Virus record (IMG/VR): IMGVR_UViG_3300020079_000009
Reading direction: 5' to 3' (one strand)
DNA from: a virus
DNA: 64,000 nucleotides
The notes beneath the pieces were generated by a model that made no database searches, was not told where the DNA came from, and saw only the letters and a program-made list of their open reading frames with translations. Shown piece by piece: positions 56,966 to 64,000 of this stretch. Both the position numbers and the translations under genes were made by a program. Within the stretch, counting starts at the first letter, position 1; each line of letters begins with the position of its first letter.

Positions 56966-57970
56966 ATGCCTACAGTAAGTCGCGGCGATAGACTATTATA
57001 CAGCGCGCAAATTAAAAATTGGTATGATAGACTTAATTCTGTAATTACGAAATATGGCGGAGGTATGGCTACGATTGCTGTTCCTTCTGCTACTCCCGCA
57101 AAAGCCTCCGATGTAAATAATCTTGTGGCTAAATTAAATGCCATGAAAGCAGATAGTTACCTGGGTTCAAATGCAAACTTATACCCAACATATTCTACTG
57201 TTGGAATAGGTACAATCATTTATGCGAATACGGGTAACCAGTTAGAAGCAGTTATTGCTAAACTGGAAACTATTAAGTGTCGTAACTCTTATACTCACAG
57301 TAACCAGAATCATTCTAATGGAACAAACAGCCAAACTTGTTCTAATAGTGCTCATAGCAATAATAACTCTAACACATCAAACAGTAATACTTGTTCCAAT
57401 AGTACAAATAGTAACACTTGTACAAACGGCTCTAATAGCAACACTTGTTCCAATGGTAGCCATAGTAACACCTGTTCTAATGGTACTCATGGAAATACAA
57501 ATAGCCACGGCTATAATAGCAATACCAATAGCAATAGTTCTCATGGTCAATCTTGTTCTAATGGTAGCAACTCCTACGGTGCACGTGGCAATGGATTGAA
57601 GCATCATAGTAGTAGATTCTATACTGACCAATGTTCTTATCAGTATAAATCTAATGGTACTTGTGGAACTAATGGTAGTCACAGTAATACTTGTTCAAAC
57701 GGAACCAATGGTAATACCAATAGTAATGGATATAACAGTAATACTTGTTCTAACAGTGCTCATAGCCAGGGTTGTTCTAATAGTGCGCACAGCCAGAGCA
57801 GAAGCCATAGTACACATGGTCAGACTTGTTCTAATAGTGCTCACAGCCAAACAAATTCCAATGTCACTAACTCACAGACCTGTTCAAACAGTGCTCATAG
57901 TAACACTAATTCTCACCAGGCTAAATCTAATGTAACGGTTATTGATATTATGAATAGTTATAAACCATAA
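56966..57970 (+). CDS. candidate RiPP precursor: ~115-aa leader-like N-terminal region followed by a Cys/Ser/Thr/Asn/His-rich repetitive core (~20 Cys)
   Basis: Core is imperfect 9-10-aa repeats (SNTCSNGSH / CSNSAHSQT ...) encoded by nucleotide tandem repeats 57290-57900. Lies immediately between the YcaO and two rSAM/SPASM genes, coupled (5-nt gap). Confidence 0.5.
   Translation: MPTVSRGDRLLYSAQIKNWYDRLNSVITKYGGGMATIAVPSATPAKASDVNNLVAKLNAMKADSYLGSNANLYPTYSTVGIGTIIYANTGNQLEAVIAKLETIKCRNSYTHSNQNHSNGTNSQTCSNSAHSNNNSNTSNSNTCSNSTNSNTCTNGSNSNTCSNGSHSNTCSNGTHGNTNSHGYNSNTNSNSSHGQSCSNGSNSYGARGNGLKHHSSRFYTDQCSYQYKSNGTCGTNGSHSNTCSNGTNGNTNSNGYNSNTCSNSAHSQGCSNSAHSQSRSHSTHGQTCSNSAHSQTNSNVTNSQTCSNSAHSNTNSHQAKSNVTVIDIMNSYKP
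57290..57900 (+). repeat. imperfect tandem nucleotide repeats (~27-30 nt units, e.g. TGTTC(T/C)AATAGTGCTCATAGCCA) encoding the precursor core
   Basis: Repeats of aatagtgctcatagc / aacacttgttccaatgg visible by eye; spurious ORFs on other frames (57255..57599, 57377..57682, 57654..57935). Confidence 0.6.
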
Positions 57971-57985
57971 GGAGAGTTTTGACAT

Positions 57986-59362
57986 ATGAAATGCGGATTA
58001 AATTGTATGAATAAAGAGCGCAGTGTCGCGGTGTTTTACACCTGCGGCACCTGCAATCTAAAATGTAGATATTGTAACATCGATAAGAATCCTGTGTTAG
58101 CTAAGATTGATGAAAAGTTAGCAGAGAGTTTTGAAGGCGATTACTATTTTAACCAAATGAAAGAGTGGTTTCCAAATATTGACCAGCTTCGTAAGATTGA
58201 AACTTGGGGTGGAGAGCCATTTTTGCATATGGAAAGAATTTATAATTTGATTACTCAAGTTATTGAATATTATCCATATTTCGACCAGTTCTTCTCTTCT
58301 ACAAACTTCTCATATCCAGAGTGGACAAATAAAGTATTTGGTTTAACTGACCAGTTTGCCAAGTACCCAGAAAGAACTTTTAGATTCACTTTACAGCTTT
58401 CTATGGACGGTCCTGAGTATATCAATGACCCAAATAGAGGTAAGGGCGTAACCAAGAGATGTATTGAAAATTTCAATAAGTTAATGGATATGATTCCTGA
58501 AAGACTTCCAAATAATGTTGTTTTAGAAATCGTATTCAAGCAGACTTTGGATACTTATTCAGTAAGAGAACTTTGCGATAAGCAAAAGATTATTGAGTAT
58601 TTCCAATTTTTTGAGAATTTTTATTTGAGAATCAATGAGTTAAATCTGCCAAATGTATTGATGTCTTGTACAGTACCTAACACTGCCGTACCTGCGCCAG
58701 TCACTAAGAAAGATGGCGAAATCTTTGCTGAGTTCTGTCGTCTTTGCAATGAAATTGAAGTTGAGAATTATAGAAACCATTACTTTAGATACTATGAAAG
58801 TATCATGCCTTATTTTGGCGAACCAATGCCTTTAAATGCAACATATGAACACTGTTCTACTTTGTGCGGCAGTGGGTCTATTATGGTTTGTTTATTGCCA
58901 GATAATCTGGTATCTACTTGCCATGAAGGATTTACTTCATTATATGAAGACTATAAGAAGTTTGCACAATCTTCTGGACGTGTTGAAGATGGTACTATTA
59001 ACTTTAACCAGTGGGTAAATGAAGATGGTCCTGTATATGTGTTGGATGCAGAAGGTTATAAAGAGCATGAGAGATTTATGGGTTATTATAACCATCCATG
59101 GTCAACTGCGCGAATGGTTAACACGACCGCTTTGATTCGTACTCTCGCTCTTGCAGATGAGATTGAAAGAAAATACTTGAATGAAGATGAAGCGTTGCGT
59201 GCTGCGCATTTTATGGCAGGTCATTCTTCTTATTGTATCAAGGATAATTATAATGTAACAGGTTCTCATAGCTTGACACCTGTTGGTTTGTTTAAGTTAT
59301 TATTAAACGGAGCGAAAGCTTATATTGAAGAAGGAGAAAGGAGAGTAAGATCGAATGGATAA
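57986..59362 (+). CDS. radical SAM enzyme with C-terminal SPASM/twitch-like Cys cluster
   Basis: CGTCNLKCRYC (Cx3Cx2C), GGEPFL SAM-binding motif, C-terminal CSTLCGSGS...C..C cluster. Confidence 0.8.
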   Translation: MKCGLNCMNKERSVAVFYTCGTCNLKCRYCNIDKNPVLAKIDEKLAESFEGDYYFNQMKEWFPNIDQLRKIETWGGEPFLHMERIYNLITQVIEYYPYFDQFFSSTNFSYPEWTNKVFGLTDQFAKYPERTFRFTLQLSMDGPEYINDPNRGKGVTKRCIENFNKLMDMIPERLPNNVVLEIVFKQTLDTYSVRELCDKQKIIEYFQFFENFYLRINELNLPNVLMSCTVPNTAVPAPVTKKDGEIFAEFCRLCNEIEVENYRNHYFRYYESIMPYFGEPMPLNATYEHCSTLCGSGSIMVCLLPDNLVSTCHEGFTSLYEDYKKFAQSSGRVEDGTINFNQWVNEDGPVYVLDAEGYKEHERFMGYYNHPWSTARMVNTTALIRTLALADEIERKYLNEDEALRAAHFMAGHSSYCIKDNYNVTGSHSLTPVGLFKLLLNGAKAYIEEGERRVRSNG

Positions 59363-60806
59363 TGTGATTGTAAATATTCATGACGACAAGGAATTATTCC
59401 AGCAAGAACAAGATAAATTATTGCAAGTTGTATTAGATAAACGATTCTTCTCTACTTGGAGACCAAATAATAGTGCGATGGATGTACCTCGTGGGCATGT
59501 GGAGTTATTTATTACTTCTCAGTGTAACCAAAAGTGTGAGTATTGTTATTTGGTTAAATATCCTGACCTTTATCCAAAGGAATTTTTAAACCCAGAGCAA
59601 ATCAAAGAAAACCTTAAAATTTTTTATGACTGGGTTATTGCAAATAATTATTGTATTCCTCAGATTGAGTTTTATACTGGCGAAATCTGGCATAGTAAAT
59701 TTGGAACTGATATCTTAGATATTACTTTTGATTATCTTTTAGCTGGATTGCAAGTGCGCCAGTTCATGATTCCTTCTAACTGCAGTTTTCTTAAAGACCG
59801 TAAGAGAGCTGCAATTATTCAAGGATATATTGACAAGTTTAGAGCTATTGGTGTTCCACTTATTTTCTCTATCTCTATTGATGGAAAGTATGTAGATAAT
59901 GATATTCGCCCTAATGTCAATGCGAAAATTACTCATGATGATGACTTTTATGATATGGCGTTTTCATTTTCTAAGCACAATGGATTTGGCTTCCATCCGA
60001 TGATTGCGGCAGCCTCTATTGAAATGTGGCCAGAGAATTATAAGTGGTGGAAAGAAATGCTAAAGAAATATGGCTTGACTCTTGGAGAAGTTATGATGCT
60101 TGAAGTAAGAAATGGAGACTGGACTCCAGAGAAAATTCAAGCGTTCTTAGATTTTGAGGATATTTTAATTGATGGTCTTTTAGAGCGTAATGATAATGAC
60201 CCAATTAAAGCTTGTATTTTCGGTTTTGGTATTAACCAAACTTATTATGATAAGAATTTGTTAGCTATCGAAGACGAAGAAATGAGTGCATATACGCCTT
60301 ATCATTTAGCAGAAACTGATGAATTTCTTGGATGTACGTTACAAAATACTTTAACAGTTCGTTTAGGTGATTTAGCAATTTGCCCTTGCCATAGAACTGC
60401 TTATAATAAAAATCTATATGGTTGGTTTACTGTTGAAAATGGGGCAATTACAGGTATTAAATCTAATAATCCTCATCAGGCTATTAGAAATCTAATGGTA
60501 AATAACCATGTGGGAACTTTAGGTTGCGACTCTTGTTTCTATAATAGATATTGTATGGGTGGATGCCCTGGTCAACAAATGGAAAAATTTAATGACCCAT
60601 ATCATTTAGACCCTACGGTTTGCAACTTCTTAAAGAGTAAGATTAAGCATTTGATTAAACGTTACCATGATTTAGGATTTTTGGATTGGTTAAAAGAAAA
60701 CATTTCTCCTTACCATGTATTTTATCCAAATGCGCAGAATCTTATTCGTTTATATGAAAATGTAATGGAGGAGGAGCGTCATGAGCGAATGGCAGAATTT
60801 AGATAA
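59355..60806 (+). CDS. radical SAM/SPASM-domain enzyme (second)
   Basis: SQCNQKCEYC (Cx3Cx2C); C-terminal SPASM-like CPCHRT...GCDSCFYNRYCMGGCPG. Overlaps the rSAM1 stop by 8 nt. Confidence 0.8.
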   Translation: MDNVIVNIHDDKELFQQEQDKLLQVVLDKRFFSTWRPNNSAMDVPRGHVELFITSQCNQKCEYCYLVKYPDLYPKEFLNPEQIKENLKIFYDWVIANNYCIPQIEFYTGEIWHSKFGTDILDITFDYLLAGLQVRQFMIPSNCSFLKDRKRAAIIQGYIDKFRAIGVPLIFSISIDGKYVDNDIRPNVNAKITHDDDFYDMAFSFSKHNGFGFHPMIAAASIEMWPENYKWWKEMLKKYGLTLGEVMMLEVRNGDWTPEKIQAFLDFEDILIDGLLERNDNDPIKACIFGFGINQTYYDKNLLAIEDEEMSAYTPYHLAETDEFLGCTLQNTLTVRLGDLAICPCHRTAYNKNLYGWFTVENGAITGIKSNNPHQAIRNLMVNNHVGTLGCDSCFYNRYCMGGCPGQQMEKFNDPYHLDPTVCNFLKSKIKHLIKRYHDLGFLDWLKENISPYHVFYPNAQNLIRLYENVMEEERHERMAEFR

Positions 60807-61176
60807 AATTTTTGTTGACGATGCCTATGGCATTGGTAATGCTGATGAAAATTTTACTATTATCACAAAAGAATGGCTTGCTAATGGTGGAAAGATTGAT
60901 TCTTTCACTCAAGAAATTATTAAGCCAGTAGACAATATCGCTGTTATGGCAGAAGATATGGAAGGTACAACTCCTCTTCTTTGGAAAGAAAGATTGATTT
61001 TCTATTCCGATGGCAGAATGGAAAGATACTTCTTGTATAATAGATATCCTTCTGATATAATTCGCACAAGGGTTAATAGCCGTCCAGCTTTAACCCCTTG
61101 GGCACAAACCATTATGCAAGAGGCAATTTATGAAGAGAGATGTCGAGTTGAAGATTTGCAAAACGAAGATTGGTAA
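60781..61176 (+). CDS. hypothetical protein (131 aa) downstream of and overlapping rSAM2
   Basis: Start overlaps the rSAM2 stop by 26 nt. Confidence 0.4.
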   Translation: MSEWQNLDKIFVDDAYGIGNADENFTIITKEWLANGGKIDSFTQEIIKPVDNIAVMAEDMEGTTPLLWKERLIFYSDGRMERYFLYNRYPSDIIRTRVNSRPALTPWAQTIMQEAIYEERCRVEDLQNEDW

Positions 61177-61236
61177 ATTGATTTTTAATTAAAAATATGG
61201 TATAATTATAGTAATAAGAGAAAAAGGAGATTTTTT

Positions 61237-62187
61237 ATGGCGAACTTTTATTGTCCAGGCTTTTATGAAAATGCCGTTATGTATAAAAGACTCTTATGGT
61301 TCCAAAAGTATTATCCACAGTGTTGGGTAGATGGCGCAAAAATTACTCATATTTTTGGTTGTTTCCCTAACTGTATTTGGAATGGAGGGTCTACTTGGAT
61401 TCAATATCCGCCCGCAAAACCTATCATGAGAAATGTATTCCAGTGGTATAAAGACCAAGGTATTATTATTCAGTTAACTTTTACTAATCCTATGTTACAG
61501 GAAACTGATGTATACGACAGATATGCTAATTGCATTTTAGATGTTGCGGTTGAGATTTTAGGATATGAGCAATTAGAAGTATTAGTTTCTGCTCAGTGTC
61601 TTGAGGATTATATTCGCAATAAATATCCAAAAGCCAATGTAACAAGAAGTATTGTTGGTGCAACTGGCTGCGAAAACACTTGTAGCACAATTGAAGATTA
61701 TGTCGCGCTATTGGATAAATATCCTCGTATTGTTGTACCTCGTAAAAAGGTTAATGATATTGATTTTATTCAAGGCTTTCCTCAGGAATTAAAGCATCGA
61801 GTAGAGTTACTTTGTACAGATGCCTGTCCCATTGATTGCCCTCGAATTTATCAGCATTATACTAAATTAGGTATGGAACAGTTATGGGAAGATGTTTCTT
61901 TTGAAGAAGTAATTTGCACGGGTTTTGCAAAAGATAATCCTTTCCATGAAGCAACTTATTCTCAATATAAGATTACTCCACCTGAAATTGCGGCATATGA
62001 AGCTCTTGGATGGTCAGAGTTCAAAATTAGCGGTCGTATTTCTACTGCGGCAGCTCCTTTGAGATTGGTACCATATTTAATTAAGCCAGAATTTTGGGAA
62101 GATGTTTATATCAACATTTATTTCGATATTTTTGGTGATAATAGCTATTTCCCAGACTATGATTTCTGGTCAGATTCAACTATTTAA
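61237..62187 (+). CDS. hypothetical Cys-containing protein (316 aa)
   Basis: Class-2-like promoter at 61171-61204, RBS AAAGGAGA. Confidence 0.45.
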   Translation: MANFYCPGFYENAVMYKRLLWFQKYYPQCWVDGAKITHIFGCFPNCIWNGGSTWIQYPPAKPIMRNVFQWYKDQGIIIQLTFTNPMLQETDVYDRYANCILDVAVEILGYEQLEVLVSAQCLEDYIRNKYPKANVTRSIVGATGCENTCSTIEDYVALLDKYPRIVVPRKKVNDIDFIQGFPQELKHRVELLCTDACPIDCPRIYQHYTKLGMEQLWEDVSFEEVICTGFAKDNPFHEATYSQYKITPPEIAAYEALGWSEFKISGRISTAAAPLRLVPYLIKPEFWEDVYINIYFDIFGDNSYFPDYDFWSDSTI

Positions 62188-62280
62188 TCTTAATTGATTT
62201 TTATAAAAAATAATGTTATAATATATATGTAAAGATGATAAAAGAATATAAGGCACATACAGCAAAATGCTTAAAAAGCT

Positions 62281-62352
62281 AATGCAATAGTCAAACGGTT
62301 AAGACATTACCCTTCCACGGTGAAAGTTGGGGTTCGATTCCCCATTGCGATT
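62281..62352 (+). tRNA. tRNA-Gly(UCC) (no encoded CCA; one A-A mismatch in acceptor stem)
   Basis: Manual fold: acceptor AATGCAA/TTGCGAT, U8A9, D-loop with GG, anticodon stem TTACC/GGTGA, loop CTTCCAC (U33, UCC, A37), T-arm TGGGG-TTCGATT-CCCCA. Flanked by complementary AAGGCAC (62251) and GTGCCTT (62358). Driven by class-2 promoter at 62196-62226. Confidence 0.55.
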
Positions 62353-62628
62353 CAGAGGTGCCTTGGAAATAAAAATTCTTTTTGATTTTTTATAAAAAAT
62401 ATGTTATAATATATATGTAAGATAAAGAAAGCCCTTTAATCTTAGTCGTAAAGGAAAGACGCGAGTCCGGCCATCGTATTCACTGTGAGTTCCTCTCGTA
62501 AGAGGGTTGACGGTAGTAGTGCCCAGCGCAACTGGTGAGTAAACAGGTCCGAGGGTATGAATAGGTGTCACGACCACCTAACTTTCTTTGTCTGATATAT
62601 GTATTATATAGGAAAGGAGAAATTATCA

Positions 62629-62952
62629 ATGAGTTCTCTTGGTAAGTGCTATATCTACATTGATGACACGAGATATGACTACTCCAATGTTCCTGATGGA
62701 ATGGCGTTTGTTCATTGCAAGACTTACAAAGATGCTATTGAGAAACTCCGTTTCTATATCGAGCATGGAACTAAGCTGATTGTCGACTTCGACCATGACC
62801 TTGGTTGCAAGAAGAATGGTTACGATATCGCTAAATGGATTGTCGCCTCTGGTTATCCGAACATTAGGTTTAGAGTCCATTCTATGAACCCAGTAGGAGC
62901 TCAGAATATCAGAGAGACTTTGAGCCACTATGGCTACGAGGAAATCAGATGA
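62629..62952 (+). CDS. hypothetical protein (108 aa) with ~170-nt structured leader
   Basis: RBS AGGAAAGGAGAAATTATCAATG; class-2 promoter at 62384-62412. Confidence 0.45.
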   Translation: MSSLGKCYIYIDDTRYDYSNVPDGMAFVHCKTYKDAIEKLRFYIEHGTKLIVDFDHDLGCKKNGYDIAKWIVASGYPNIRFRVHSMNPVGAQNIRETLSHYGYEEIR

Positions 62953-63065
62953 AGTTACTTTTCATTTTGGGTGGCTGCGCGATGGCCGCTCTGTGTATCG
63001 CCGGAGTTGGTGCAATTCTGGGAATCATCGCGGTTCATATGCATCAAGCAAGTGAAAATTTTTGA
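62949..63065 (+). CDS. possible 38-aa membrane peptide
   Basis: ATG overlaps the upstream stop (ATGA); hydrophobic MKLLFILGGCAMAALCIAGVGAILGIIAV. Confidence 0.25.
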   Translation: MKLLFILGGCAMAALCIAGVGAILGIIAVHMHQASENF

Positions 63066-63157
63066 AAAACTGTGGACAGAGTGGGATAAAACCTACTTGA
63101 CAGTTTTCAAATGATAATACCTAAATAAAAGACCGTTACTGCAATTTTCAAATGATT

Positions 63158-63237
63158 GCCTGCCAAGCCGGAAGTCGGAGGTTCGAGCCCTTCTCCCCCT
63201 GCCAACATAGGGGGATAGCTCAGCTGGGAGAGCGCCG
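63158..63237 (+). tRNA. circularly permuted tRNA-Gly(GCC)-like gene: 3' half (nt 30-76 incl. CCA) 63158-63204, spacer ACAT, 5' half (nt 1-29) 63209-63237
   Basis: 3' half is GC-CTGCCAA-GCCGG-AAGTC-GGAGGTTCGAGCCCTTC-TCCCCCT-G-CCA. 5' half is AGGGGGA-TA-GCTC-AGCTGGGA-GAGC-G-CCG. Joined 5'+3' they give a 76-nt cloverleaf with all-Watson-Crick acceptor (7/7) and anticodon stems (CCGGC/GCCGG), U8, A14, G18G19, U33, GCC, A37, T-loop TTCGAGC. No matching partner half exists in conventional order on either side. Confidence 0.6.
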
Positions 63238-63801
63238 TTAAATCGAAAAAGCGGTCTTGTTTTTTATCGCCGGAATTGCTGAAGGAACCATAGAAGTAGG
63301 TGGCCTCCAAACCAAGGTTCCTGTTAGGGAGGCTGAAAAAACTTTTTTGATTTTTCTTAAAAAATATGTTATAATATTTATAGAAAGTTAAGAAAGAGAT
63401 TTTTACAAGACCTTTCCAAGATGTTGAAAATAAAAAATCTTTCTTGATTTTTCAAAAAAAATATGTTATAATATATATGTAAGTTAAATAAAGGATATGG
63501 AAATTCCACGAAGACTATTGATGTGATGCAAGGAGTTTCGGAGATTCGAGAGAAAATAGGAAACCATTGAGATTATTTAATGAGCATTAAAGACGACTTC
63601 AGCAACTTTTGAGGAAACATTTTTACTGAATACTTGAAACTTCCATGTTGTCTTGTTCTAAACGAAAAATCTTAATTGATTTTTTCAAAAAAATATGTTA
63701 TAATATATATGTAAGATAAAGAAAGAAATCTTACAGGTTGTGCCTTCAAGCTGTGATTTCAGCGTTGTCCTAAAACAGCGTAGAATATCAGCAACAGATA
63801 T

Positions 63802-63877
63802 TGCCCTGTAGCTCAGTCGGTAGAGCACGCGGCTGTTAACCGCGCTGTCGTGGGTTCGAGCCCCACCGGGGCAGCCA
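63802..63877 (+). tRNA. tRNA-Asn(GUU) with encoded CCA
   Basis: TGCCCTG-TA-GCTC-AGTCGGTA-GAGC-A-CGCGG-CTGTTAA-CCGCG-CTGTC-GTGGG-TTCGAGC-CCCAC-CGGGGCA-G-CCA; canonical cloverleaf. Class-2 promoter at 63672-63704. Confidence 0.85.
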
Positions 63878-64000
63878 GAGAGTTTGTTTCTTATGGTTCG
63901 CTTCTCGATGAATAAAAAGTTGAAAGCCATACGAGGTTTTAGCCGTGAGTTTCTCGTAAATATAAGCCGCGGCACATAATTTCCTTCTCATATCACAGCA

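Noticed and set aside
57255-57935. Overlapping ORFs on other frames and the opposite strand within the precursor core (57255-57599 +, 57377-57682 -, 57654-57935 +).
   Set aside because: Artefacts of the tandem nucleotide repeats; they encode implausible hydrophobic low-complexity sequence and lack start signals.
63158-63237. A permuted (two-piece) tmRNA as an explanation for the 3'-half-then-5'-half tRNA-like arrangement.
   Set aside because: The 5' piece has a canonical D-arm and the reassembled molecule has a complete anticodon arm with GCC; there is no tag-peptide reading frame or pseudoknot region between or after the pieces.

Overview
This window appears to be a ~64-kb segment of a tailed dsDNA phage with siphovirus-like organisation (a tape-measure gene is present), probably infecting a low-GC Firmicute. 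Evidence for the host: strong Shine-Dalgarno sites (GGAGG/GAGGT 6-10 nt before ATG), extended -10 promoters (TGnTATAAT) and an AbrB-like gene. The left ~20 kb (1-19853) is one minus-strand late operon. Read 5'->3' on that strand it runs: large terminase, portal, acidic head-morphogenesis protein, optimal-codon major capsid protein, head-tail joining proteins, major tail protein, and a tape-measure gene that runs off the window start (which is why it is absent from the ORF track). A divergent promoter pair lies at 19860-19960. The remaining ~44 kb is plus-strand (except an island at 37520-39182) and consists of small genes, nearly every one with its own sigma-A-type promoter of one of three stereotyped classes. 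(1) TTGACAAA-N17-TGnTATAAT, often with the -35 inside a G/C hairpin, followed by a conserved 5'UTR ending GAGGT-GATACTATG. (2) TTGATTTTTTATAAAAAATATGTTATAATATATATGTAAGATAAAGAAAGA units fused to upstream terminators. (3) TTGACA-N17-TATACT promoters preceded by TGCACAA-N16/27-TTGTGCA inverted repeats, GC-rich hairpins and a convergent antisense promoter. Recognisable products include FolD, an AbrB-like regulator adjacent to a standalone S24 peptidase, two DEDDh exonuclease paralogs, a HAD deoxynucleotidase, a metallophosphoesterase, an anion-permease-like transporter with a chorismate mutase, and three tandem paralogous cassettes of a winged-helix-like protein and its partner. The most notable elements: (a) a RiPP-like biosynthetic cluster (M28-like peptidase, YcaO, a 334-aa precursor with a Cys/Ser/Thr/Asn/His-rich repetitive core, two radical-SAM/SPASM enzymes) at ~52.0-60.8 kb; (b) an apparently circularly permuted tRNA-Gly(GCC) gene (3' half 63158-63204 incl. 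CCA, 4-nt spacer, 5' half 63209-63237) that reassembles into a perfect cloverleaf, next to conventional tRNA-Gly(UCC) and tRNA-Asn(GUU); (c) promoter-driven stretches with no ORF that look like noncoding RNAs; (d) an iteron-flanked HTH gene. All calls rest on the sequence and motif recognition only; no database search was possible.
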